DNA of 64,000 nucleotides from Stylophora pistillata (Eukaryota): NCBI RefSeq assembly GCF_002571385.2, contig NW_019217849.1, positions 860,715 to 924,714 of the forward strand, read 5' to 3'. Shown piece by piece: positions 13,201 to 24,278 of this stretch (position 1 is its first letter; each line of letters starts with the position of its first letter). The notes under the pieces were generated by a model. It saw only the letters and a program-made list of their open reading frames with translations, ran no database searches and was not told where the DNA came from. The position numbers and the translations under genes were made by a program.

Positions 13201-13381
13201 GGCCTTGAACGACGAATCGACAGAACAGTTCATGAATCGTTTCTACGAATTCTTGTTTCGTGGTGAAAGTGCCAGCGAGTCTCTTCACGAGGTCCGAAAG
13301 TGGATGAGAAATAACGGCTTTCCTGAAGTGGAGAAATGGGCTCCGTTCATGCTGATTGGAGATAATGTCACATTAAGGTAG
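10295..13381 (+). CDS. TPR-repeat + CHAT (caspase-like cysteine protease) domain protein, TTC28-like family
   Basis: 1028-aa single-exon ORF; 40-aa TPR units (GEAADYGNLG...); CHAT motifs IIIVPD, VPFAAL, LPGARREA, catalytic IHFAAHG and LVVLSCCHSG, RAFLGSGARSV, WAPFMLIG. Confidence 0.93.
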   Translation: MDNEEGLMVSAIVFGVVAYLLNTGRGLQAMKLGKECLIFLTSKARIKEYHWFYGAINLLMFDAAYKVSNYTSAERYAKELLIIYHASSDTLKEGRLSLVLGQIYQKQNEFEKAREYYQKAADITRSTGDKQTEERCYIMIGNLFNSLCEYHKAEEYYKKALTITVSNGERDREATIYGNLGTIVQSLGEYDRAEEYYKKALPIRKEIGDREGEAADYGNLGTLFHSLGEYKKAQEYTEKALAIRKEIGDREGEAADYGNLGTLFHSLGEYKKSQEYTEKALAVRKEIGDREGEAADYGNLGTLFHSLGDYKKAQEYTEKALAIRKQIGDRKGEATGYGNLGTLFQSFGEYKKAQEYTEKALAIRKEIGDREGEAADYGNLGTLFQSLGEYRKAQAYTENSLLIRVEIGDRKGEAADYGNLGALFHSLGEYRKAQTYTENALLIREEIGDRGGEAADYGNLGALFHSLGEYTKAKDFTEKGLAITKEIGDKKGEAALYGNLGALFHSLGELEKAEFYFREALLKCKGIGDSMTEFKVVCGLTVLELAQFNLEEAFSYLFQSIAKFEKLRNFVKGNDYFQISLLENYGVFPYDMLIKLLSFSGNFTHALYVEELRRARALADLMTSQYSAKEFQFSGDPRSWCGIHHIMKGEGICSGLYLSVDDEDARIWILKTSGEIHFRRKRLDSDRQFGNAGSVPDLKVFFSESFLHFGILPRDVCEDRSLNDERVPTSSDDVNRSPSTHNNMKKNLRLCYEIIVAPVADLLKEPEIIIVPDSCMYQVPFAALIDEGGRYLSETFKIRIAPSLTTLKLIKDSPPNYHSQSGALIVGEPEVSKVIYKGQPIFLEPLPGARREAEMIGKMLGVPPLLGRHATKKAVIEQMKSVALIHFAAHGYAERGEIALCPVSTTNNIPQEEEYLLTMADVSKVQLRAKLVVLSCCHSGRGETKVEGVIGIARAFLGSGARSVLVARWALNDESTEQFMNRFYEFLFRGESASESLHEVRKWMRNNGFPEVEKWAPFMLIGDNVTLR
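10919..11878 (+). repeat. 120-bp coding tandem array (8 highly similar TPR units plus diverged units upstream)
   Basis: CAGAGAAGGAGAAGCAGCTGACTACGGAAA-like sequence recurs at 10921, 11041, ... 11761 with exact 120-nt period. Confidence 0.95.
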
Positions 13382-13757
13382 GTTTTTAAGGAAATGAGTC
13401 AAGTTTGTATTTAAAAAACCGCAATGAAAATGACACTTGGATGAGGATCTTCTGAGGCGTAAGTGCACTTTTTATAACATGTCAGAAGGAACCAGAATTT
13501 AAGTGCTTGTGAAATCACCTACGTTGGAAGAAGTCAGGAGGACGCTCACGTTTTTTCTTTTTTTTTTTATTGTGCTTTTCCATCGAGTGCGAGGAGTGTA
13601 AAGAGAGACATTGAAGTGCATTTTCTCTAGTTCGGACGATTTGAAAAAGCCACAAGGACACAAAAGCAAAATTCAGTGGTCCTCTCACACATCTAACTTC
13701 GTTTATTTCATGGAAAGAGTGTGAGCTCGTTACGGTAAATAGAGGATTTGTGCTGTA

Positions 13758-14128
13758 GAGTAAAAACCCGCAAGTAAGAACCTAAAAATTAAGAACCTGC
13801 TAGCCTAAAATTTGCCGCTTATCCCACCTATAAACAAGAACCTATTTAGCCTAAGAAAATTAAAATAGGTTCTTATTTTCTAAAATCATATTTTTAAATG
13901 TTACAATTAAAGCTTAGTACAGCTAGGCGAAACATATAATTAGATGTAAATACACAAATTTATATTATTTCCCTTTTTGTTGGGGGATGGGGTAGGGGTG
14001 GTGTGGTGAATAAAATTAAAATATGGGACAATTACCATCTTGTTAAGCAGGTTGTTATACCATTTATATAAAAACCTGTTTAGGCTAACTCCTAAAAATG
14101 TAGGTTCTTACTTGCGGGTTTTTTACTG
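13758..14128. mobile_element. TA-flanked MITE (Tc1/mariner-type)
   Basis: TIR AGTAAAAACCCGCAAGTAAGAACCTA. Confidence 0.75.
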
Positions 14129-16081
14129 TATCGCATATAGTTCCGCCATGTGTTCTATTATTGTTGAAAAGACGAACGAGACAAAATGAAGACGTACTGG
14201 CTTAATGACGACAGGCAATGAGTTACTGATAGGCATTAACTTCAAGGCGAACTTCTCCAAGTAAATTCTCTCAAATTTTGTGTGGAAACTCCTTGCCAAA
14301 GTCATCTACAGTATCCGATTGGAAGTTAACAGCGACTAAACCTGTCGTAACAGCATAAATTCATTGAACAAACTTATTGAATTAAACAATTAATTTACTG
14401 AGGAAATAATTCAAGATTAGCACCTTTGCTCAGGTTGTTAATATTATCTTACAGGAAAGAAGACATAACCTCCAACGCTCACAACTGATTTGCAAATCCT
14501 GTTTCCTGAACAAAGCTGACTCTCAGTCAAGACCCTAATCTTTGTCTCTACCGTATGAAACGGAACATATCGTTTGATATCACAGAAGCATTTGGTCAGT
14601 TAATTAGTTATAAAATAGAATTTTGGGCTTTCTCTTTAGCAGACAGGCACGCTTGTCATTTAGATGTCAGGGGTAATCTTCGTGAGGAGCCCTTCATTGT
14701 AGATACAGCCAAGGGAATAATTAACATTTGAATAATCTAAAAAAGTTTTCATTATGATTTATGAGCCAGATAACCTTCTTTAGCCTTTCTTTTAAAGAAA
14801 ACAGTTGGTCATATAGATATTTAGTGTAATGAAATTTTTTTGGAGGTTTTACAAGATATATTTTCATTTTATAAAGAAGAGGCCTTGAAAGACTGGAACG
14901 AGCCTTGGGATTGATTCTTCGAAAAGGTATCGTTCATTTATTCAGCAAGTCATTGTAGACTTTTTAGAATACTTCAGAAGTTAACCTCATCTGAATATCA
15001 ATCATGGGGCCAAAAATGTTATTTTGTCCATCCAACTGCCATTTTTTTTTTTTTTTTTTATGATCGTACTCGGTCAAATTTGAGTTTCCAGTATCTCGAA
15101 TGAAAGATAGTCATTGTAGACCCCTTTGTAGGACTAGTTCCAAGAGGGAAGCTGATCCCAGTCGTATATATCAAATAAGGGGGACAGAAATTCAATTAGA
15201 ATGTTCCATTATCTTTTTCGAATTTTGTTCAACAGGTCACTGGACTAGTCTTGTAATCGGTTAGATTTGAATTTCCGGTATCTTGAATCGAAGATAGTCA
15301 TTGTAAAACTTTAGAATATTCAATCATCAAATACACGTTTTGTTTATGAACAGGTCACTGGACCATTCATTTTGATGGTAATCGGTCACATTTGAATTTC
15401 TTCTCTTAAATAAAAGCTCATCTTACCTCCAGATAATTTTTTTGGTATTAATTTCGCTTTGTAGGAGTTAAGTCGAGATAATTTTTAGCAGCAAAGCCGT
15501 GTATTTCGTGGCATATATCAACCCAATTGCTAGAAAGAAAAACAGGGCTGCAGTATTTTATTGTTCACATGAAAACTATGTTACAAGCGTTAATGATTTT
15601 AAACATTGTAAACGACACTTGATACAAACTGGGATAAACTTCAACAATTTCGAGTTGCTGTTTTTCATTTCTACATGAATGCGCATGCAATCCGACATGA
15701 CGTTATCAGTAACAGGGGCACAACCGGAAACGATAATGCATCCGTAAATGTATGAATTGGTAAAATTGTCGGACAAAAATCGAACCTGGCTGTGATACCT
15801 CCGCACAAATCCAACCATGTCTTGCTCTGCATTTATACTTATATTTCCTATTCGTCAAAAATATGTTGTTTTTAGACAAGATATTTAAAACATATTTAAA
15901 CAATAAAAATCGTTCACGTTAAGTTTCGAAAGTTTGTCTGTGTTATACCACGGGGGTTTTCAATGTTTTCAAAGAAAAATTCGGTTAACAAAAAACTATG
16001 AAAATGTTATTTATCTTATAATTCGACGTGGCTGTATTTCCTCTGTCTTCTTCTCGAACAAAAGTTACAAGTTCCGTCAGT

Positions 16082-16540
16082 TCAGACGTTTTTGCTTTGA
16101 GTCACTGTAAAGAGCATTATTTGCCAGCTGAAATGCTGTAGCAGCGTGTTCCTTGCAGCCTTCATCACAATCACTTGGTATGTTAATTGCGACATTGACT
16201 TGATGGTGGCTTTCCTGTCGCTGCTCGTGAATTTAACCTTTTGATAATGCACTCCAAACGTAGGGATACCGCTGTTTTGAAACCCAAGATTCAATCCAAA
16301 ACTTTCCGATCTGCTTGTTTGACTGCTTTTTTCCGTCTTCACGTCTTGTGCAATTGTCACAACCAAATTTTTTTTCTCTGTACGAGTTTGTTCCGGATTG
16401 TAAATAACTTGCTTCGTTTCCGGATCAAACATCGCAGGCACAAGCTCACAAGATGCCACTGGAACCCTTCCTTGTCCAAACATGCATAGGAGAACGACGA
16501 TTTTGAACCACCAAAACTCGGAGAGCGAAAGAGAAGCCAT
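16082..16540 (-). CDS. Orphan putative secreted protein, possibly frameshifted near 16235
   Basis: ATG at 16540 then hydrophobic leader (FWWFKIVVLLCMFG); Ser/Thr-rich segment with alternating FGLNLGF...FGVHY; alternative-frame tail VNVAINIPSDCDEGCKEH looks more protein-like. Confidence 0.45.
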   Translation of the reverse strand: MASLSLSEFWWFKIVVLLCMFGQGRVPVASCELVPAMFDPETKQVIYNPEQTRTEKKNLVVTIAQDVKTEKSSQTSRSESFGLNLGFQNSGIPTFGVHYQKVKFTSSDRKATIKSMSQLTYQVIVMKAARNTLLQHFSWQIMLFTVTQSKNV

Positions 16541-16582
16541 TGCTGGCAACAGAGTAATGACAATTCTTGGAATATGCATTAG

Positions 16583-17201
16583 ATCTGTTGCGTGACCGTG
16601 ATAAACCGGAAACGGCTCGTGACGGGAATTTTCCTAGAACTGAGAAAAACATGAGTTCTCCGGGCTCGTGTGTGCTATGCATCAAAGTTAAGAAGAAAAA
16701 AACCCTGTTATTCGCGCTCAAGCCCTTTATGATAACCTTCTCTGTCAGAACATGATCTTACAGGAATAACCTCCCAAGATTTCAACGAAATCCTCCCTTG
16801 TCTTATTAACACACAAACTAAGAATAATTTCAAATCGGAAAGTTAAAGAAGGCAATGTCAAGAAAGCGCAGTCAGAGCTTTTCATTGGGTAAACCGGAAG
16901 CTGGGTCAGACGCTCGTCACGGGAGTTTTCCTAGAATTAACACAATGAAGTATCCCACAAACCAGCTGTCGCTGATCTTATCTTTCGAGTCGCACTTTGA
17001 TGAAAAAAACTTGCATGATGCCAGTGAGATTCTTCCTTGTCTAGACATTTACAGATTGAGAATGATTTTAAACCAACAAAACTCAGCAAAGGAAAGAAAT
17101 TTGTAATATCTGTTGCGTGATACAATAAACCGGAAGCTGAGTCATTTTCACCCGATGGGAATTTTCCCTGAAGTAAGAGCAGCCTGAAGTAAGAGTATAA
17201 A
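16583..17201. promoter_or_regulatory. Triplicated ETS + NF-kB/STAT-like module, AP-1 site and TATA box
   Basis: ACCGGAA at 16605, 16893, 17129; GGGA(A/G)TTTTCC at 16624, 16921, 17157, each overlapped by TTCNNNGAA; TGAGTCA at 17138; TATAAA at 17196. Confidence 0.55.
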
Positions 17202-17281
17202 GGTTCAATAAATAATTGTGGAAAACACTTTCTTCCAACAAAAACCTTTTCCCTTATCTACTGGGTCAAATTTACTACAAG

Positions 17282-17728
17282 ATAAGGACATCTACTTGTG
17301 TTCTATTTACAATCGTCTGTTTCGTTTTGCTCGTTTCTGCACCAAACGGGAGTTTCGGTTTCCTTCGCAGAGCCCTAAAGAAGGTAGAAAAAGCTGTGAA
17401 AAAAGTCGTCTTCCAGCCAGTGAAAAAAGTTTTCAAGGAGGTGATAGAAAAACCAGTTAAGTCTGTGCTGAGAGCTGTAGGACTGAAAAAGGTTCGCAAG
17501 ACATATAGAGAGTTCCAAAAAGAGGTGGTTCATTCTCGGGTGACTTTCACTGAAGATTCCTACCGAGCTGAGAAAATCAACCCTTGCCCTGACGGACAAC
17601 ATGATATTGTGAAAACAGAGCAGCCAGTCGAGATTCGCTTTGAGGACAATGTAATAGTGTTACAGGACAGCTATTGCCGAAAATGTGGACAGCATTTCTT
17701 CAACACAAAACATAAGGATGAATTGTGA
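17282..17728 (+). CDS. Orphan putative secreted protein: signal peptide + cationic amphipathic helix + 3-Cys region ending HKDEL; no in-frame ATG
   Basis: Open frame 17216-17728; leader RTSTCVLFTIVCFVLLVSAPNGSFG preceded by caagATA; FLRRALKKVEKAVKKVVFQPVKKVFKEVIEKPVKSVLRAVGLKKV; AATAAA at ~17840. Confidence 0.6.
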   Translation: MRTSTCVLFTIVCFVLLVSAPNGSFGFLRRALKKVEKAVKKVVFQPVKKVFKEVIEKPVKSVLRAVGLKKVRKTYREFQKEVVHSRVTFTEDSYRAEKINPCPDGQHDIVKTEQPVEIRFEDNVIVLQDSYCRKCGQHFFNTKHKDEL

Positions 17729-17889
17729 ACGCAAAGCTGAGCTTCAAACTAGCGGGACATTCGCACAAATCTAGAATGAAATGTTTATTATTTCTTTATT
17801 TCCTTAGAGCTGGATATTGTTCACTGGATGTCATTTATAAATAAATAGCAACTTCTGTTGGTTAAAAATACATTTATTATAATCTACAT

Positions 17890-18200
17890 TTTCTAACAAC
17901 TCGTATACAAATGTCTATTGCATGCATACAAATGTCTAAATGGACTCATAAATCACGAATTGACTTTAGTAACACATCAACGTCTACATGATTATAACAC
18001 TAGAAATAAAGTCAATCTTAGACTCCCCTGTGTTAAAAGGAGTTGGGGAAAACAAAGAACTGCTCATCACGCTGTAAATGATTTTTATTCTCTCAGCGAG
18101 ATGATACGAGACTCTGCCAATGTAAACATTTTTAAACGACAGGTTTATAATTTTTTAATTAAGTGTTTTATAAATTTTATATTCTTAGTCTTCCTAGATA
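17890..18200 (+). mobile_element. 3' fragment of L2/CR1-group LINE
   Basis: YKCLNGL...HDYNTRNK.NLRLP.VK...GKQR, typical of the C-terminal tail of LINE ORF2. Confidence 0.65.
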
Positions 18201-19544
18201 TATTAGTTCATAATCTTAATTTTCGAGGTCCTGGAGACTTTGAGACGGCCGAGTGTTCTACTTTCTAAAGTAATACACCATAAACAACATGCCATAATTC
18301 ACTCAAAAAGTGCACCGAATGGCGTGAAGCTTCACAGAAACTTTAGCACAACAAACAATAAGGTTAATTCAAATTTATCAGTGACTTTTAATTTATTATT
18401 TTATTTTTTTAGGGATTTACAAATACATAGACCACAGGTCCCCCAAGCTGTTCAAACAAATATCAAAAAATTTAAAAAATATAAACTAATAAAATATTTT
18501 TAGCCTATCCTGTTTATTAAGTTTTATTTTATATATAGTCCCATAAAATTTCAAGCTGATATGAGCTGTTTTAGGAAGGTTATTAACTATTAACTTAAAA
18601 AGTTTAATAACAAGCCCCTACTAAAAGCAATAAACACTTAACTGCTACTTATATTTACCGGGAGTGAGGTCATTACAGGGAAATCTCAGACCGAGGTCTT
18701 GTCATATTGACCTCGCTTCATCAAGACCGAAGTCCGAGATTTCCCTGTAATGAGTGAGCGGACGAGGTTAATACATTATTTATTATATGGTTTATTCTGA
18801 ATGTTGATAAAAAGGAAATTTTAATGCTGAAATTCAGAAAAAGTGATGAATACTTCAGTTTTACTTTCTAAGTTACTCCTGAAAAAATTTTTTTGCTTAC
18901 CAATGTTACCCATTTCTTCAAGACATTGTTCAGTTTTATGATAAATTTTAGACGAGTTGTAAACTGAAATTCTTGACCGGTCATTACAAGAAAATAATGA
19001 CCGGTCACTATGCGCCAACAGCCAATCAGATCGTGAGAAATTTACGAGCCATAGAATAAATTTCTTTCAGTCAGGCTTGTTATATGGATGCATATGAGAA
19101 TAAATAATCAATTATGCAGTATTATTATAGTTAACTTTTCTTATATGAAGTACTTATTACTGTTGCAGTTGAGTTTTCATTCCATAAAATAATTGTCTAA
19201 GTATAATAAAGGCATATCATTTTTCCTGATTGGAAATTTATAAATCCCACTGGTTGTTTATCCCAATACCTAGTTGAAAAAATCCAACAAATAAAACCAA
19301 ATTTCCAACAAATAAATACAAATCCCAGCATGACTGCGCAGACTTGCACTTTTAATAGAAAGTTATTATTTCAACAGTCCAAATGAAAAGCGTTATGAAA
19401 TAGTTCTCAAAAACTTAAGAAGGAGTATAGAATGCCAGTTGAATAATTTTATTTCACTAATACAGTGGAATACGTATGATGCACGATCCTTCGCAGTAGA
19501 TAGCGCTATTCATGCAATAGCGAAAATCAGACCTGAAAAAAATT

Positions 19545-19617
19545 AGGCCTGTACGAGATTCGAACCACTGACCTCTGCGATACTAGTGCAGCGCTCTACC
19601 AATTGAGCTAACAAGCC
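19545..19617 (-). tRNA. tRNA-Thr(AGT)-like copy (pseudo)
   Basis: Same 73-mer as 1714-1786 with one substitution. Confidence 0.55.
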
Positions 19618-19837
19618 AACTGGGAGCAGGCCGTTAAGTTGATTCTTAATAAACCCGTGATGATAAATCATATACAATGAACATATGAAGTTCATATATT
19701 TTGAACTGCGGTGTTAAATACGTATGATGCACGATCCTTCGCAGTAAATAGCGCTATTTATGCAATAGCGAAAATCATTGTATCTGATTTATCATCACGG
19801 GTTTATTACGAATCAACTTAAAGGCCTGCTCCCAGTT

Positions 19838-19910
19838 GGCTTGTTAGCTTAATTGGTAGAGCGCTGCACTAGTATCGCAGAGGTCAGTGGTTCGAATCCA
19901 GTACAGGCCT
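19838..19910 (+). tRNA. tRNA-Thr(AGT)-like copy (pseudo)
   Basis: Same 73-mer with two substitutions. Confidence 0.55.
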
Positions 19911-20289
19911 GATTTTTCTTTCAGGTCTGATTTTCGCTATTGCATAATTAGCGCTATCTACTGCGAAGGATCGTGCATCATACGTATTTAACACCGCAGT
20001 TCAAAATATATGAACTTCATATATTCATTGTATCTAATACAGTGGAACTTGGGTTTTACGATATGCCTCGGGAGAAGAAAATTGTATCGTAAAATTGTAT
20101 CGTGAAATCAAAACCGAGGCCCTTTTTTTTTCTATATTTCTTAATTGTCGAGAGAAAGAAATGGGTATCGTTAAATCGAGTTATCGTCAAATAGAGCATA
20201 GTTAATCTCAGGTACTACACTGTAGTTGCCATAAATCCTAGTCTATTTAGCAGTTATGTCACAGATAGTTGACAGCTAGACACTAGATA

Positions 20290-20850
20290 CATAATGCAGG
20301 CTTTCCAAAAATAAAGAAGTTTGAATAGACACATGGTAGTACTTTAAAATGATTACATACGCATTGGTTTTGATTCCAAAAGCCTCATCGATCCTGATGG
20401 TGGCATAAATATTCAAAACAAGCGCAAAAAACTTGGATTACAAGAGGAACAAGAGACAACTCTTATTGACTTTCCTACCAAGGGATTTGTTGTATGAATC
20501 AACTCGAAGCTGAATGTTGGCTATCCCCAAATTTGGAAGTTTTTAATCGAAGATGTGGAATTTAAAAACAATAATCAGTTGAAAAACCAATCGTCAAGGG
20601 ATACAATTTTTATAGATCAGGAAAAGTGGAAGGAATTTAGGCTAAACAGGAGGGTGAACTGTTTTACGTAAAGAGCCAAGTAAAGTAATCTTATAACAAG
20701 GAAGCTGACAAGAATAAAAACATCTACACTGTCAAAATGATCATAAATGCAAGTTCACAAGTTAAACAAGCTGTCTGCCCATGCCCCTCAGGAAATCATG
20801 GACGGTGCAATCACCTAGCTGCTACTTTATTTGCTATGGAAGATGCATAA
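20290..20850 (+). pseudogene. Decayed DNA-transposon ORF with SWIM zinc finger
   Basis: 20761-20850 reads VKQAVCPCPSGNHGRCNHLAATLFAMED (CxC...CxH); upstream stops and frameshifts. Confidence 0.6.
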
Positions 20851-21353
20851 CTTCATAACTTATGCAATCCTCTGTGTACCCATTTTGATATGACGCATCA
20901 TAGCCTGGGACGTTAAACCCTGCCCACAGGGTCTCGTTTTGAATAGTTCAATGTCAGGGAACAGGGAGTGTCTAATATTTTGGTTATTACACGGCTGAGG
21001 CGGTCCGGGGACCAATAACGAGAATTAATCAATCAGATTACTTCATTTCCGTCCCCGTACATTTATTTCATAGAATACGAAAAGAGTTCGACTTGAAGGA
21101 TAATGAATCTACTGATTGCCATCGTAAAACCTTAGGAAGTGATTTTCAGGCTACAAATTTTGGAGATTTCCATATGAAGTATTATTGTTTTTCTCATGAT
21201 TTAGTCACTTTGGTGTGGATCGCGACGTTTCGACAGCTTCCTGCGTTCTTGGCGAGTCCTCTTCAAGCGGCATAGGCAAGGTCGACCGGCTGGGCTCTTG
21301 AGTAGATAACAATGCGCTATGTCACGCTAAGTCACACAATATTCGACTTCAAG

Positions 21354-22723
21354 ATGGCGGACGATGGCAACGATAAGGACAATAAGCGCTTCAAAAGCGA
21401 ACCTGGCAGCACGCTATCTTGTTATGCAGTGCGACTAAAACCAGGCCAGGAAATAAAGGATTTTCTGCTGAACTTCGTTAAGGTTAAGAAACTCGGGGCT
21501 CCCTTCGTTCTTTCTTGCGTTGGGAGTGTGACTCAAGCTACTCTTCGGTTGGCCAATGCGTCGATAGACACCCCGAATGAGGTACGGAAATCACATGACA
21601 GCCAGTTTTTTTTTTTTTTAGTATGGAAAGGCTCCTGCACGTTAAGGCTTTTTCATAATCATTCAGCGAAAGCATTATTTTCTGAAGAGGAAAATGCCTG
21701 TGCCGAGGTCTGCTGTAGTGATTGCATCACAACACGCGGAAATCCGCCCTATTTTGCACAAAAGCTTTATAAGCTTGTAATTATGAAAGGCCTTTTAAAG
21801 GAAAAAACCGATGTTTTTGGCTCAGGTGTTTTGGATCACGCAAATATTGGGCTGATAATTTGACTATCTTCATTTGGTGGCGAATTGAAAAAGCTTGTCA
21901 TGAAGGGTGAGGGGTGGGGAGCATACTAGGAACAAGGATTTATCTGAGAAATGCGATACACTGGAATTGTTGATTTACAGGGTTGGTCTGGTCACCTTCT
22001 TCACTGCTTAATATAAGTAAAAATCTGTCAGTTGATACTGTTTAGGATTTGAAGATGGGAGGGGAGGCTAAGGCTTACAGTTGTGATGGATTACCAGCTG
22101 CACTCAAAGCACAGTGCACCCCACCCCCTCCAAAAATCTTTCAGATTTTGTCACCCACAAGCAGAAAGCCATATTGTTAAAATGCATTTCTTTTGAGAAC
22201 TTATTAAATGGCTGAAACCACCCGACTCAGTGCCTGTATCCTAAACAGATGTGATCAGAAGTGTTGCTAAATCCCAGGATAACATCCTGGTCCAAACCAA
22301 GTAAACCCCCTCCCCACCACAATTGTTTTCTTCTGATTTCTGTTACAATACACTGGTACCCATCTATCCTCCTGAGTGAAAAAGTCAGATTATCTTGCCC
22401 AAAGATATATCATGCCACCGATAGCCATGACTTGAACCCATTAAGTTCAGATTTTGATACAAGCTAATTTTTTGTTTTTTCAGATCATTGAAGTTAAAGG
22501 AAGGCATGAGATTGTCTCACTTGTTGGAACACTGGCTGATGAAGGACACCTTCATGCATCCCTTTCAGACAAAGATGGCAACGTAATAGGTGGTCACGTT
22601 ATGGGAAACATGAAAGTTTTTACCACAGCTGAGGTTGTCATTGGAAACTGTGACACATTGTTATTTACCAGAGAGACTGATGATGAAACTGGCTTTGATG
22701 AACTTGTTGTAAGGGGAAAATAG
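21354..22723 (+). CDS. PPC/DUF296 domain protein, 2 exons (21354-21581, 22484-22723), ~155 aa
   Basis: RLKPGQEI, SCVGSV..ATLRLA, GRHEIVSLVGTL, HLHASLSDKDGNVIGGHV, FTTAEVV motifs; in-phase GT-AG intron. Confidence 0.92.
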
Positions 22724-24278
22724 AAAGGCACTTTTATAACAGCTAGGAGCTACTCAAGATAATTTGATCCTTTCAGGCGGAAATTTATTTTTATGTTATG
22801 ATCACTGTATTGATTACTTCTGTCTCATAACATTTGTTTTAGGATAAAACACACAGTTTTCAACAAAGTTTATACATGATTATTTGACCTATACAATTGT
22901 GTACAGCATACACCCAAACATTTGTTAATGATTATAAATACAATGTATGTTTTTACCTTTAATGATGTATATTAGAAGAAAATTGTAATATAAGGAGCAA
23001 CTTGTAATCTTTTGTCTATCTATTACTTTGTAGAAAAGGCAACTATTTATCCTACACGCTGTTTTTAAGGATTGCTGAACTGCAAACAGCCCTAGCAATA
23101 GGCTCGATTTCTGCTGCTCTCTCAAATGCAGTCTTTCTCATTCCTCTCTGAGAAGAGACTCTTCAGGAAGGAGCGCGGGCTCTGGTTCCCAAATAGCAGC
23201 TGGTAATTGAGTCTACCCTAGCAACTGAAATCACTTTATTTAATAATGGTTGACTATTAACTCTCAGCAATTTAGGTTTTCCTACATCTTTGAGCTCAAA
23301 GAGGGAAACATTACTTTGATGGTAGAGTGGAATAAAACTCAAGGTATGTCTAATTTAAGGAAACATTAACATGGAAAAGCATTAGGTCAGAAGCAGTTTT
23401 TTTTTATCAAAACAAGTATATAACCAGCTATAAATTGAACCATGAACCATGTCAAATTAACCTCTCACATTTAATAAAACTTCCAGCTTTGACACAGTTT
23501 CAGAATGACTGTTGCATTTTTTGCAGAAGGATGTTTTTCAAATGGAAAAGAATATTTTTGTCTTAAAATAAAAAATTTCTTATACTATTTTCACTCTTAT
23601 GATGCCTTTTCTTGGTCAGAGAAGATGGAAAAATGTAACTATAGTATTTCTTTAGTGAGTCCCCTTTCATAAGCTGATAGGCCAGTTCTTGAACAAGGAG
23701 ACTTATCAAGGAAAAGTGTTCGAAGGGCAAGCAAGTTTTCCCAAAGACATGACCTAAAAAAGTTCACTTTTTTCAATCTGACTCTGACTCGTAATTATCA
23801 CAAAGATAAAAAGCATTTGGTAAAAGGAAGGAAAAGATAAGTATTCCAGGAAAAGTTACCAGTTTTAATGATGAAGTATGAACCATGTGATCTGAGACTG
23901 CTGTAGGTAGTGCTGTGGTATTCGATGGCAAAAATGTGTTTTGAGAAAACATTCCCTGTCCTTAAGGCCACAGAGAAACTTCTGCCACTGACCCTTGTTT
24001 ATCAGCTACACCCCCAACCCGTTTTTATTTGTTTTTGTTTCCTTTCTCCCGCCGTCACTGCATTGGACTTCAGGGATATGTTTAACTGAGGAAACTTTTA
24101 CAACATTTTTAATTCAAGGCGACTTTCATGAGAATTTGTACAACTAGCACCTTCTGTTACAAATGTGCGATGACCATTATCGCCAAAAACAAAACAGACA
24201 GTCTTTTTCTAAGGAAAAAAATGTCTAAAAAGGCATAGTTTGCATTTGGTTAAATCCAACGCAATTCAAATTCGCGAC

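Larger units (their letters stand above)
19471..20033. mobile_element. tRNA-like unit insertion (subfamily B), two inverted copies
   Basis: 14-bp TSD CTAATACAGTGGAA (19457-19470, 20034-20047); contains both tRNA-like copies below. Confidence 0.85.

Noticed and set aside
14830-15420. Degenerate repeats of TTGAATTTCC...GATAGTCATTGTAG
   Set aside because: Three to four decayed units with no termini, ORF or structure to interpret.
21312-21863. 183-aa single-exon ORF
   Set aside because: Read-through into intron 1 of the PPC/DUF296 gene; the spliced model restores the domain.
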